This document shows positions 37,831 through 51,483 of a stretch of DNA of 64,000 nt, one piece after another. The position numbers and the translations under genes are program-made. The notes below the pieces were generated by a model that ran no database searches, was not told the DNA's origin, and saw only the letters and a list, made by a program, of their open reading frames with translations. The DNA comes from Octopus vulgaris (taxonomy: Eukaryota), in the NCBI GenBank assembly GCA_951406725.2, contig OX597833.1, forward strand, positions 71,548,001 to 71,612,000, given 5' to 3'. The stretch's first letter is position 1. Every line of letters begins with the position of its first letter.

Positions 37831-38045
37831 AGGCGGCGAGCTGGCAGAATCGTTAGCACGCCGGGCGAAATGCGTAGACGTATTTCGTCTGCCGTTACGT
37901 TCCGAGGTCGACTTTGCCTTCTCATCCTTTCGGGGCCGGTAAATAAAGTACCAGTTACGCACTGGGGTCGATGTAATCGACTTAATCCCTTTGTCTGTCC
38001 TTGTTTGCCCCCTCTATGTTTAGCCCCTTGTGGGCAATAAAGAAT
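37831..38045 (+). mobile_element. SINE family B
   Basis: TSD tatagtatatctg at 37814-37826 and 38048-38060. Confidence 0.95.
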
Positions 38046-38404
38046 TATATAGTATATCTGGGACTTCATTATTAAATGTGTGAGTAAAGGATTGCACAGG
38101 AGGACGACAAAGGAACCCTTACCCTAACTAAAGTGTGGGGTTCGAAGGAAATTCGGCTGCTATCTCTAACAGGTGGAACGGATATATAGTGGCCCTGTCT
38201 GTGGTTCGTCTGGGCAGCAGCTTAGCTGAATCGTTAACGCGCCTTTTATCGATAAAATAAAGAACCAGTCAAATATTGGTGTCGATCGTTTTAATCGAGT
38301 GACCCCCCCTCCGCCTCCGGGCATCTTCTCAGAATTGCAGGTCTTTTGGTTGAATAACAAACAGTGACTGATGTTCTTTGGCCCTTAAAAACATTACCGT
38401 ATAG

Positions 38405-38624
38405 CAGTACTTTTCAAACTTTTTTGCTGGAGCGGAACCTCAAGGAAACATTCCACTGGCTCGAGGAGCCCCTGTGCAATAATTTAATTGTCTTAAGCAC
38501 ACATATCTGCACAGGAGAATTAAAAATTACAGCCGATTTTAGCAGTTTTGTAACTTCTTACGGAACCCATGGACTGTACTGTCAGTACCCTAAGGTTCCG
38601 CGGAACCCTGGTTGAAAACCACTG
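38405..38624. mobile_element. hAT (Charlie-like) MITE
   Basis: Termini cagtacttttcaa / ttgaaaaccactg; perfect 8-bp TSD ccgtatag at 38397-38404 and 38625-38632. Confidence 0.92.
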
Positions 38625-39531
38625 CCGTATAGAGAAGAACGTGAACAGACGTTTTGTTTTGAGGTCGGTTCGGTCTGCAGCCAGGGGAGATACTGCTCGT
38701 GGCTGTAATAGAAGACACTCGTCCAAGGTGACACGCAGTGGGACTGAACCCAGAACCTTGTGTGGCTGGGAGGAAAACTTCTTACTGCTTTTTTTAATGG
38801 AATAAATACTTCAAATTTTGCTAAACATAAACAGCGCAATCAATATTCTAATTACTGGTTTGTAAACTTTGAGACGGAAATCAGCTGCCGACAGCCGCCT
38901 AAATACACCGACCCAATTAACCGAGTCTCTGATGTGACCACTTAAGCTACTAGAAATAGCAACCAAATCTTCCTGGTCACGCCTGCCGTGACCACCATCT
39001 CGTCTATCACTCAAATACAAAGTATCTACAAGTTGTTGAGCTAATGTCCTTTCCGTTTTTTTGTTTTAATCGTCAAGGTGTGATTTGAGGAATATTCGGC
39101 TGTTATGTTCTGCAGCCATGTAGAGGCCTCGTGCCCGCGCGCGCGTACAAGCAGTGATTTACGCGTGGGAAAATATTTGCTGTTGTTTAATCTCAGACCA
39201 ACCTTGATCAATCAAAGCTGTCATCGAAAACATTCCAGCCACGACTATCACTTCATTTTGTGTATCAGGGACTATAGTTGTCCATTTTCTTTTAGGACCG
39301 TGGGGTGCAATTTAAGGTGAATTTGGCTACAATTTCTAGCAGGCTGAGCAACCACATATAGGATCCTCTCCTTAGCTTTTGTTGGCCGTTGTGTGTTTTG
39401 TATGGACTTTGGATATAATGGGTGCGCCCCAATATATTGTTGTTTGGGTAGGTTTTTTTTGTGTGTGTGTGTGTGTATGAATGTTTCTTTGTACGAGCGA
39501 GTGTTGATGTATGTTTGTCTCTCTTCTCTCT

Positions 39532-39763
39532 CTCTTTTACTCTTTTACTTGTTTCAGTCATTTGACTGCGGCCATGCTGGAGCACCGCCTTTTAATCGAG
39601 CAACTCGACCCCGGGACTTATTCTTTTTGTAAGCCCAGTACTTATTCTATCGGTCTCTTTTTTTGCCGAACCGCTAAGTAACGGGGACATAAACACACCA
39701 GCATCGGTTGTCAAGCAATGCTAGGGGGACAAACACAGACACACAGACACACAAACACACACA

Positions 39764-39799
<36 letters not shown>

Positions 39800-39953
39800 A
39801 CGGGCTTCTTTTCAGTTTCCGTCTACCAAATCCACTCACAAGGCTTTGGTCGGCCCGAGGCTATAGTAGAAGACACTTGCCCAAGGTGCCACGCAGTGGG
39901 ACTGAACCCAGAACCATGTGGTTGGTAAACAAGCTACTTACCACACAGCCACT
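39532..39953 (-). mobile_element. SINE family A, full length
   Basis: Family A consensus. Confidence 0.93.
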
Positions 39954-40071
39954 CTTCGCTTCTAAAGTGTTACGTTTTTGCAGGTCTCTAATCTGTCTGC
40001 ACATGGCGATGTGTGTTTACAATCACTGTCGGGATTCGTAAACAAAATCTCTGCAGGCTTCCGTAAATGCT

Positions 40072-40220
40072 TTTCTGCTCTAGCCACCAGGCCCGAAATT
40101 TTGGGGGAAGGGGGGGCAGTCGATTAGATCGATCCCAGCACGCAATTGGTACTTAATTTATCGACCCCAGAAAGGATGAACGGCAAAGACGACTTCTGTG
40201 GAATTTGAACTCAGAACGTA
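40072..40220 (-). mobile_element. SINE family B with type-2 tail, 5'-truncated
   Basis: B centre plus ggcccgaaattttggggg. Confidence 0.83.
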
Positions 40221-41681
40221 TATTAAAGTTCAACTGCTTTATGCACGTGTGAGTGAGTGTGTGTGTGTGTGTTAAAGGCATGAAACTGTGTGTCAGTGTG
40301 TCCGTCGATAACTGATGAAGAATTAGGCTCCGTCTGTGTTTGTCCGATGTGTACGTTTTTTAGTATTTTATGCATTTTTCGTGAGAGAGTGAGAGAGAGA
40401 GATTGATAAACATGCACACATATACACGCGTGATGGAATGTATAAACGTGAGTGTATACAGGTTATCTTTCAAAAGTATTTCAAACTGCAAGTACACTAC
40501 ACACTGTTTACATTTTACACACCGCTTTTCGTCAAATATACACCAAAGTGTGGGAACTGAGGAGTGGAGGCGGGAACGGGTGCAGGGTGGGTGGAAAGGA
40601 GTTGGGAGTTGGACTGGTTTTAAAAACATTGGGTAGCTGGGATAGAAAGGGGTTCAAGAGCGCCGAGTAATAAATGTGTAATATATCAAACGGCTCACGA
40701 TGGTTGGTGGTGGTGGTGTGTGTGTGTGATGAAGATGGGTGTAGCGAGAACGGGTGGCTCTGTGATGGTGGTGAATGATAGCCGTGGTAGAGGCTTGTGT
40801 TGATGGTGGTAGTCGTGGCGATGAAGGTAGGTGCGTGTGTGGCTAGCGATGATGATGATGGCGGTGGTGGTGGTGGTAGTCGTGACATTGAAGGTGAATG
40901 TATGTGTGTGTGGGGGGACTAGCGATGATGATGATGATGGTGGTAGAAGTGATGACGATGACGTCGACGATGAGAAGAGAGAGGAGCCTGAGGCCCAAAT
41001 CCAGCTCCGGTTGAGCTAATCATTACGAAAGGTGTTCTATCGGTGACCAATCCCGTTTTTAAGAGGGTGCCCTATAAGCTACAGTATCTTGTGTGACTCA
41101 TATTTTATCGTTGTAATTTAATGGCTATTTTAACTGCTATTTCTAGCAAGTCGAGCGAAAGCGGTGGGTATGATGGTCAGTGATGTGTAATGGTTTACCA
41201 AATGGTCGGGCGATCAATGCCATGAGGTCACCTCACCACCCGATTACAAATTAGGCACATTTATGTATTTATACAGCATTTACGGACAAAGTTTACATTC
41301 TATACACGCGTGCTGTGCAAATAACAAAAAGAACAGAGAGTGCTCAATACGATATATAGAGTTTTATTGTATTTACGGGAAGCTGAACACTTCGCCAACC
41401 GTTACTGCTCAGTTTTAACGTTTCCAATCATCAAATATATCAGACAGAATATAAGGAAGCTATAAGGTGAGACACGAGCACTCAGTGTCCTCTGCAGCTT
41501 GTAGCAGAAACAGCTGTTCGCCAATGCTGGTTATTGCATAATTTCCCGCCCCTTTTGTCTTTTATTTCGTTTCTCATTACGTTCTGTACTCGATTCATGC
41601 TTTATCCAGAAGCATTATTCAGTTCTAACCCGAGTTTATTAATATCGTTTGTGCCTAAGCGAAATCATAAGGAATGTGTGC

Positions 41682-41738
<57 letters not shown>

Positions 41739-42001
41739 TGTATACACACACACGCATACACATAATACATTGTATATATAAATACACACTGTTTTTACTT
41801 TGTTGACGCGAAAACACAAAGGAGGTCAGCTCTGTTTGAAGTGTGTATATATTAGGGTAAATAGGGATCACATTTCAGGACCACGATTTCATAGAAACTT
41901 TGTGTGTGTGCGTGTGTGTGTGTGAAGAGAAAAGGGAGGCTAACCCCAACGGTTTCCATTTTAGATAAATATTTCATGTTTCAATATATTTCTATTCGAG
42001 A

Positions 42002-42396
42002 AGGCGGCGAGTTGGCAGAATCGTTAGCGCGCCGGGCGAAATGCTTAGCGGTATTTCGTCTGCCGCTACGTTCTGAGTTCAAATTCCGCCGAGGTCGACT
42101 TTACCTTTCATCCTTTCGGGATCGATAAGTTAAGTACCAGTTACGCACTGGGGTCGATGTAATCGACTTAATCCCTATGTCTGTCCTTGTTTGTCCCCTC
42201 TGTGTTTAGCCCTTTGTGGGTAATAAAGAAATAGGTATTTCGTCTGCTGCTACGTTCTGAGTTCAAATTCTGCCGAGGTCGACTTTGCCCTTTCATCCTT
42301 TCGGGGTCGATAAATTAAGTACCAGTTGCATATTGGGGTCGATCTAATCGACTGGCCCCCAAAATTTCGGACCTTGTGCCTAGAGTAGAAAAGAAT
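42002..42396 (+). mobile_element. Dimeric SINE family B (type-1 monomer + headless type-2 monomer)
   Basis: Single TSD aatatattt(c/g)tattcgag at 41983-42000 and 42394-42411. Confidence 0.9.
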
Positions 42397-42616
42397 ATAT
42401 TTGTATTCGAGGGAATTATTCAGGAAAGGATGTTTCAAACATTTCCGTATTTATATGCAAATATATATTTTCTAATTTATTTTAATCACCGGTCATTCCT
42501 GATTGAACAGTTCTCTAATCAGAGGCATTTCGCCTCTGAACATCTAAGTTTTTACGAGTATCTAGGACTGTATCTTCCAATCCAATGTGTCCTTCACACC
42601 TTCACTTTTTTATAAA

Positions 42617-43012
42617 AGGGTATGATTCGAAGGATAATTGGCTGCTATTTCTAGCAGGGCGTGATTCGAAGGAGATTTGGCTCCTATTTCTGGACAGGGC
42701 GTGATGTGAGGGAGATTTGACTGCTATTTCTGGCAGTGTGTGATTTGAGGGAAATTTGGCTGCTATTTCTGGCAGGGCGTGATTTGACGGAGATTTGGCT
42801 GCTGTTTCTGGCAGGGCGTGATTTGAGGGAGATTTGGCTGCTATTTCTGGCAGGGCGTGATTTGAGGGAGATTTGGCTGCTGTTTCTGGCAGGGCGTGAT
42901 TTGAGGGAGATTTGGCTGCTATTTCTTGTAGCGTGTGATTTGAGGGAGATTTGACTTCTGTTTCTGTCGGTGAGATTTTAGTTGTTCTTCCTGGCAGGGG
43001 TGGGATTTGAGG
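42617..43012. repeat. 39-bp minisatellite (~9 units plus partials) derived from family D
   Basis: Unit gggcgtgatttgagggagatttggctgctatttctggca. Confidence 0.95.
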
Positions 43013-43568
43013 CGCAACTAACAAGAGAGTCCGTATGCAAGAATCGGTGGGTCTATGTGGAGGTAATATACATGTATTGTGTGTGTGCGTGGGCGGTGCT
43101 GAAGAGCAAGGTCAAGAGTGAAGAAGGTGTTTTCCACACATAACTCTACGCTTTATACAACCCAGCGTAAGAACCATAACGTCAACGATGGGGTGAGATG
43201 GGGTGGGTGGAGTGGGGGACGGAGAGACCCTTTTCGTACCGGGATCATGTTGCATGTGGAATTGAGAACGCGTGGGAGAGTAGGTAGGGGTTAGGGGACA
43301 CATCTGTGCTGAGAAAAACAAATTCTTTCAATATCATTTGGTTTATAGGTATGTAACGTATTTGATTCAGTCACTGGTTTGGTAAGCAAGGCGCAATCGT
43401 ACTTGAAAGACGTGGGCGAAATTTCACTGCGCCTGCTAGAAATAGCAGTCAAATAGCATTCATACCACACACTATTTTCTTTAAAAAGGAAGATCACATT
43501 AGATAATGTAGTGCTATATAAGCTGCAACGGTTTTGACCCACGAAACTACTACCGCCGATAGACATAA

Positions 43569-43571
<3 letters not shown>

Positions 43572-43614
<43 letters not shown>

Positions 43615-43627
43615 TTGTATGTGTGTG

Positions 43628-43669
<42 letters not shown>

Positions 43670-43686
43670 TAGATAGATAGATAGAC

Positions 43687-43745
<59 letters not shown>

Positions 43746-43807
43746 CAGACAGATAGATAGATAGGCAGAGAGATAGATAAATAGATAGATAGTAGATAGA
43801 TAGATAG

Positions 43808-43844
<37 letters not shown>

Positions 43845-43845
43845 C
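43572..43845. repeat. (GT)/(TA)/(GATA) compound microsatellite
   Basis: Direct inspection. Confidence 0.96.
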
Positions 43846-43987
43846 AGTTACTAGATTAGATAGAATCTAGGCATATCAACAAGTAGGATGCCAGGAATGG
43901 CTGGGTACTGAGTATTGAGCTCAAAGGAAACCAAAACAACCTTTAATTGTCGTTTGTTTGGATACTGTATGTATACTAATCGAAGTA

Positions 43988-44214
43988 TACAGTGTTGTAG
44001 ATCCATTTCTTTCGATCGTATCGATGGGTTTCGCACTGGATATTGATTAACCGGATATTAAAAAACAGCACGGTTAAGTAATACTGCGTGCTCTTTAGAG
44101 ATTGCAGAGCACGTGGTATTACGTAACCCTAATGTTATCTAATATCCGGTTATTTAATGCCCAGTGCGAAACCGATTGATATGATTGGCTGAAATATAGA
44201 TCGATAATACTGTA
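43988..44214. mobile_element. Palindromic TA-flanked MITE (Tc1/mariner-type)
   Basis: TA-cagtg...tactg-TA; internal pairs ggtttcgcactgg/ccagtgcgaaacc, taaccggatatta/taatatccggtta, cgtgctct/agagcacg. Confidence 0.85.
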
Positions 44215-44362
44215 TTATTTCAATATTAATATATCCACTCTGTTTACAAATATACGAGTGCGTATTTTTTTCTGACTTACAGATTCTTAAACGACTGTCA
44301 CACATACATACAAACGTGTGTTTGTGTGTGTCTGTGCGCGCACACACACACACACACACAAA

Positions 44363-44410
<48 letters not shown>

Positions 44411-44417
<7 letters not shown>

Positions 44418-44708
44418 ACCGACCAGCCCATCAGATGTAGTTACACATCGCTGGTCACAATGCGTTCGCATTGTTTTAGCCTTCCAATGACGCCACCCCG
44501 CTGGCTAAGCGAGCAGACCAACAGAAGAAAGAGTGAGAGGAGGAGTGGTGAAAGAGTACAGCAGGGATCACCACCCCCTGCCAGAGCATCGTGGAGCTTT
44601 TAGGTGTTTTCGCTCAATAAACACTCACAACGCCCGGTCTGGGAATCGAAACCGCGATCCTACGACCGCGAGTCCGCTGCCCTAACCACTGGGCCATTGC
44701 GCCTCCAC
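44411..44708 (-). mobile_element. SINE family C variant with a different 3' tail
   Basis: 5' ~170 bp matches 16031-16200; 3' part ends ..ggtcggtcacgtga + (TA)n. Confidence 0.9.
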
Positions 44709-44762
44709 ATATATATATATATGTATATGCACACAGAAAGAGAGAGAGAGAGAGAGAGAGAG

Positions 44763-47238
44763 GATTAGAGCCTTCGTTTCCGGTTTTACATCACTTTTAG
44801 TCATCCACAGCCATCTTTTTGCTCTGTCTGTCTTATCTTCAACATCCCTATGAAATTGACCATGCATTCTTTTCTTTACCCACCTATTTTCAGTTTCATT
44901 CGTTTTCAATTCCTTGTATCATGCTTTATCTTTGCAATCTTTCATCCTACACAAGCCCGACCTTCCTATTTCTAATAATAGCGGTTCCGTGGCATTTTTT
45001 ACATACCATGCTATGTTGTTTTCTTCTGCTCTAATGCTGTGTTCGCATCCAATAAGTTCTCTTCCTCCTCTTTTTCTTGGTACATACAGTCTGTCTGTGT
45101 CACATTTTGGGTGAAGTGACCCATATCTAGTTAGCAACTTCCTTGTCTTTCTGTCTAAGCTGTTTAGTTCGTCTACTCACCATACGATTACCCCTGCTCC
45201 ATATCTAAGGAGTGAAACCGCCCAGGTGTTGATAGCTTCGATCTTATTCCGTCCGTTTAATTTTGACTTAAGGATCAGTCTCTGTCTGCGTAAGTACTCC
45301 ACCTTAATTTTTTCTGTCATTTCTTTCTCCATCAATTTATCCATTTCCAAAATCCCCAAGTACTTATAGCCTGTCTCTTCTATCTGCTTCATAACCTCCC
45401 CCGACGGTATCGTTAGCCCGTCCATACATTTGATTTTGCCCCTCTTCAAGACTAACACACCACACTCTCTCAGTCCGAACTCCATTCTGATGTCAGCACT
45501 AAAGGTATGCACCATATCAATGAGGGAACTGACTCGGGCTTCATCTTTACCATAAAGTTTGAGGTCATCCATGAATAGCAAATGGTTGACTTTTTGCTGG
45601 CGGCTTTTGAATACATACCCAGCTTTTGCTTTCCTCAGAATCACTGTTAGTGGTATCAAGCACAGTACAAAGATCAGTGGGGACAGGCAGCCCCCTTGGA
45701 AAATGCCCCTCTTTATTTCTACTGTCCTTAAACTTCTTCCGTGTGCTGTCAGGTCCGTCCTCCAATTCGCCATACTTTTTCCAAGCAATTGCTCAACATT
45801 CGATGCAATACCAAATAGGTTCATACACTCCATAATCCATGAATGTGGAATCATATCGTACGCCTTACGATAATCGATCCATGACATGGCTAAGTTACTT
45901 TTCCTCCTTTTGCAGTCTCTAAGTACAGTTTTCTCTATTAGGAGTTGATCCTTGGTATCTCTGCACTTACATTTGTAACCCTTCCGCTCATTTTTCCCCA
46001 GATGTTCGTACATTGACTCTGTGAGTATTCCAGTCAATAACTTTCACATAAGCGGCAAACAGGATATCGACCTGTAATTGTGTACCATATTGCCTTCGTC
46101 GATGTTTTTCATGCACAGGACTGTCCTACCCAATGTCAACCACTCTGGTATTCCTTGGTCGGCATTTAACAAGGTGTTGAGTTGCGCAGCTATTCGTGCA
46201 TGACATTCACCAAATCTTTTGGTCCAGTAGCCTTGAACTCCATCTGGTCCCGGGGCCTTCCAGTTGCTCATTTTTATGCTGATTTCCTTCACTTCCTTAA
46301 CTGAAATGACTATTTCTGCCTGTTTTGGACAGACCACTGTTTGTTTCAGTTCTTGCAACCATTCACCATCCTTCTTGTGCTCCTTGTCTTTGCTCCAGAT
46401 GCCACTCCCAAACCTTTGACTTTCAATGTTATCTGGTATCAACTTTTCATCTGTACACCCTCCATTTATGTCTTTCTAGAATCTCTTCTGATCTACTCTG
46501 AATAACCTATTCTGGTGGTAACCCTTCATTCTTTGGTCGTATCTTACCATCTTTGCTTTCTTTGCAACGAGGTGCTGTTTCAGTTCCTCCACTACCGCTT
46601 TCAGCCCCTTTCTTTCAATATTATACTTCCTATTCAGCGCCCTGTATTTTTTTATTCGCTTTTAAGGGACCCTTTCTCTTTTCGGTCTAACACAGAGATT
46701 TCCTTCGAGAGCATGTCTAACCCTGGCTAGATTCCTTCTTTTTTCCCCCATGGATCTTTTCTTTTGTCCCTCCCATTATATTCCTTTTTCTTGACCTCAA
46801 CACCCACGTTTTCTGCTACAACAATACTTGCTGCCTTGATCGAATTATTTGTTTCTGTGATGTTGTTTGTTCTGATCTATTTCAGAATTTCATTGACATT
46901 TTTCGTTTCTTGGTTCAATTTCCATCGATCAACCTTTTTAAGGTTACAAATAATGTCGATATCGTTCTCCTGTAGTCTTACCTTTATTCTGTCATAGATT
47001 GCCTTTTGTTCATCTGTCATGTCACCTTTAGTTTTATCGTCTTCTTTCAGACCATCTATATGTCTCTCATCAAGTAGACTACCACCGCTCCTTTCCTGTG
47101 CTATAGGATTACTCTTATTAGTATGAACTCTATTTTCATTGTTATCTCTGCTGCTATTTTCCACGACCCGTCTTTTGATAGCTTCGAGCTCTACTTCTGT
47201 GACCCAACAATTTTTCCTTATTACTCCAGCTTGATCAC
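44763..47238 (-). pseudogene. Dong/R4-clade non-LTR retrotransposon, disrupted ORF (RT), truncated at both ends
   Basis: DQAGVIRKNCW, NWKAPGPDGVQGYW, NYRSISCL, WIDYRKAYDMIPHSWI, IKRGIFQG, HLLFMDDLKLY, YKYLG, LHPKCDTDRLYVPRKRGGR, HGQFHR, KPETKALI; stops and frameshifts; C-terminal REL endonuclease absent. Confidence 0.93.
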
Positions 47239-50200
47239 ATGAGAAATAAAACATTATATTCATGCACGCGTGTCTGTTGTTTAACCCCAGGTCAATCCTG
47301 ATCAAGCAGACCATTAACCAAAGACGTTTCAGTTATTACTATCCCGTCCATTTTCTTCCAGGCATAGTGTACCTAGTAATGCGTCTTCCAATGTCTCCTT
47401 CCCGTTTGTAAGTTGTTGGGTGTGATTCGAGAGAGATCAAACTGATATTTCTAGCAGGTGAAGTGACCAGTTCCTGCATTTTATCCCATTTCAGAAATGT
47501 TATTGAGGCCCAATGAATCCGAATACGCAGTAACTAACGTCCATGTTAGTTCGACCTTGATCGAACAGGCTTAAGATTAAGGATGACTCAAGTGGTGACC
47601 ATCCCGACTTTTATTAAGGCATATTCTATCTAGGATTACATTGTCCAATGCGTCCGTCTCTTTTTAAGTGGGTTTGGTTGTGGTTTAAGAGAGCATTCAG
47701 CTGTTATTTCTAGCATCCTGGGCGATCACATAGATGGGGCTTGTGCAACCATTTCGCGAAGCGGACCGCACAGACATAGCCATAAGTGTTTATTACTAAA
47801 AGCACTCAAAGTAATTTTTTGATTTGGATACCGTTCAGAAGCCCCACGGGCCGCAGTTTGCCCGTGACTGAGAAATCGTCGTTGGCCATGATGACGATTT
47901 CTTCTTTCACTGGCAGAAAACCACAGATCAGTAGGGGAGAGTATTGTCGATTGAATAGATCCCTGGCGTATAAACGGGTAAGTATTTAATCGATCATGCC
48001 ACACCAAACCAATCCCCAAAGGAGGAAGATTTAAGTTGACCTCGGAGGGATTTGATCTCTGTATATGTGGGATACGAATACTTGACTGATCTTACTGCAA
48101 TTATAGACGTGACATCATTAAACATCACATTTATTGATGTATTGCTATCTGCGTGTTCTCCTCTGATACAAGTATTTATTTGTATATATACAATGGTGAT
48201 ATAACTATTTATAACATCTGCTGATATTATATGTACTGTCTAGATAGTATCCGATGTTATCATATAGACTGGTGTATGTAAGTATGTGTGTATATATATA
48301 TAAACACGTACAGACGTACACCACAGGCATTTTTATTTTACCTCTTAAAATAGGAGGAAGCCAGCCTTGAATTCGCCAATCTTATTTGTTTATTATCTGC
48401 TTCATGATTAGTCATGGAGAGTAGAGCAGCTTCCGTAAGTGATAAGACGTTGAGAGAATGTCCTGGAACCGGAGCCTGAACCCGGATGCTTACAACAGAG
48501 TGAACTTCGCGTTCAGGGACCGGGTGATGGTGGTGGTGGTGGTGGTGTTAAACTGGGTGACGAATTAAGTCTCTCACCTTAAACCTCAAAATACATAGAA
48601 ATGGAATAAAATGCCGCGAGACATCTCGTGCAACGCTTTGACATTTCACCAATCAACCGTCTTGGGCCGATGCCTTATTTTGTTGATCCTGGAAAATTAA
48701 AAAAATATTAAAAAAACTGAGTTGATCCTGATGGGATTTGAATTCAGAGTGAAAAGAAGTGAAACAACTACTGCCAGCCATTTTGTTTCTACACTTTAAC
48801 GATTCTGCCAGTTCGAGTCGATTTATATTATGAGCTAATAAACCTATCAAGCCCTAATCGGACTGATCTATGCTCAAAGGTATTCCAGCCATGACCATTT
48901 GGTGGTCATATATCACGCCTTCCTTATTGAAAACGGTAGGATATAACTTGAGGGAAATTTGGTTGCTATTTCTAGCGGGTATTATGAAAAAACCATGTAG
49001 AGGCTCCCTCACTGGGTTGGTGACCAAATGAGTTCTGAGAGTAGCCGTAAATCTGGTGCGTTTGTAAGAAACCCGCTTCTGCTGCGACTACGAAGGAAAC
49101 TCCAGACCAAAGAATGAATATTCGTCGAATCCCAACGAGATAATTGGTATTCATTTAATCCATGTTTGTATTGAACGCTTATTTCGGCAGTTTGGGGTCA
49201 GATTTCATGAGATGAACTCCGGCTGACGTCACATCCATCATGAATTCCAGTTTATAATGTCACCGTATAACTCTTTCGCTTCTATCTCGACTTCTTCTTT
49301 TCTTTCTGCATCTTTCACATCCGCTGACCTTTCCACTGACTCATTTCTATCCTAAATCCAGCATCTCCCCTCCCCGCTCACTAATAATTCTTTGTATGCC
49401 TCCCTTTCTATGGTACACAGGAAAAATAGTCAAGTAATTCATTTTATATTATAATTTCTGAACACCAGGGTCGTTGGTTATAAGTCTCCGATAAACCAAC
49501 TGCCGGTTCATTGCATTTTTGACATGGAACGCCTAAACTCGGTGGATTTTTGGTCAAAGTGTACCGATCATTCGCCGCTTTGTGGAAGGCAGTTATCTTG
49601 TCTTCTATTACAATTCCATTCACGTCTCGGATGTATTATTGGAATTTTAAATGTTTTACCGTCAAACCCATGTACTTAAGGCAACAAAAGAGATAGATTA
49701 TGTCTCCCCTCACCCTTCAAGTGTCGAATTTGCCATACATTATGCAAATAGTGCAATTGAAGCAGGGTCCTTCAAAACGGGTTAAAATTTGCATTTTCCT
49801 TGTTGCCACTTGCAGCAAATATTTCGATTTTTGAACAGAGAAGAAAATTATCAAATATTCGTTAACAATCAACCACTAACAAAGACAGGAATTCGTATGT
49901 TTTCTTTATTTGAAATATTTCACTATTTTAAAAGTTGAACATCTGGATATTGGTAGGGACTTCGTTCGAAACCGAGTGTGTGCGATTTGATGTAGGTTCA
50001 AATCTCAGGTCAATCCATGTCTTTTCACTTTCTCGTCGTATCAACAAACGCTACCCACGCGTTGTCAAGAATGGGGAGAACACGAGTAGACGCAACCAGG
50101 CCAGAGTCGGAGGGAGGTTCCTTATGACACATGGACCCCTACTTAATTGGGGTTGGGGGTGGGGGTGAAAGCCTTTTAAAGGTGGTCCAACGGTCATCTT

Positions 50201-50524
50201 TTAAAGATGCCAGGCGTTTAAAGAATTGGTTTACTACTCACTTGATAAAATCAGATTAACTTTTTGCACCGAAACAAATCCATTTGCAGCACCACATAGC
50301 CGGAAGATTCCACAAGAATCACACGTGATAACATCATCAGCATCCTGTCCCCCCCCCCCCCCCCGCCACCGAAGACAATCCTTGGCACCGAAGACACACA
50401 GACAGAATTCGATTGAAACGTCTTCTAAGTTTTATTTTGTTACACACAGACACACACACACACATGACATAGCAAAAACAAACAAATCACAGGTTTACGT
50501 TTATCAATACGGGTGAATCCGGGA

Positions 50525-50918
50525 TATATATGTATGTATGTGTGTGTGTTTGTACGTATGTGTGTGTATGTATGTATGTATGTATGTGTGTATGTATGTA
50601 TGTGGGTGTGTATGTATGTGTGTGTGTATGTGTGTGTATATATGTATGTTTGTATGTATGTATGTGTGTGTATGTTTGTATGTATGTATGTATGTGTGTG
50701 TATGTATGTTTGTATGTATGTGTGTGTATGTATGTGTGTGTATGTATGTGTGTGTGTATGTATGTATGTGTGTATGTATGTATGTGTGTATGTATGTGTG
50801 TGTATGTATGTATGTGTGTATGTGTGTGTGTATGTATGTATGTTTGTATGTATGTATGTATGTATGTATGTATGTATGTATGTATGTATGTGTGTATGCA
50901 TGTATGTATATGTATATA
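50525..50918. repeat. (TATG)/(TG) microsatellite
   Basis: Direct inspection. Confidence 0.97.
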
Positions 50919-51423
50919 GTTTTGGGTATCGAATTTCAGATCGTTAAGACTTCAGGATATGAAATCATTTGAGACGATGTATGACTAGACACGGAACATG
51001 GAACTTTACACTTTTCGAGGAATGTTCCAAAATTCCAAAACCTTTTCAGAATCCAATCAATATCGAAGCGTGGTCTTTTAGAATAACGATTTGGTGTCAC
51101 CTTGGAACAACGATATTCTGTCAGTGTTTTGCAACCGAAGGTTACCAAGTTTAATCATTGCAATTTTATTCTCTCCCACCCACCCACCCTGTCTGTCTGT
51201 GTCTCTCCCTTCCTGTCTGTCTGTCTGTCTGTCTTTCTCATTGTATTTAGTTAAAAATTCTCCGCCCCCGCCACTTTTAAATCCCCCCCTTCCCCGCTGA
51301 TTCCAGGAATTTTTATTTAAAACCGTTACTATTTCGATGAGTCACTTCTATAATGTTTTAGCTTTTAAAGGTTTCTTTTGTAAACGGAGAGGAAACTGGC
51401 GAACAAAACTGGCTTTTTGTTTG

Positions 51424-51483
<60 letters not shown>

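Noticed and set aside
42602-43024. 13-aa repeat protein or CRISPR-like array
   Set aside because: Head-to-tail 39-bp tandem repeat with no unique spacers and no cas genes; eukaryotic context
50242-50350. Exon candidate with caa|gtgagt donor and DVITCDSCG (PHD-like)
   Set aside because: Upstream is poly-G with no acceptor tract, and remaining Cys/His ligands are missing; could still be a UTR exon
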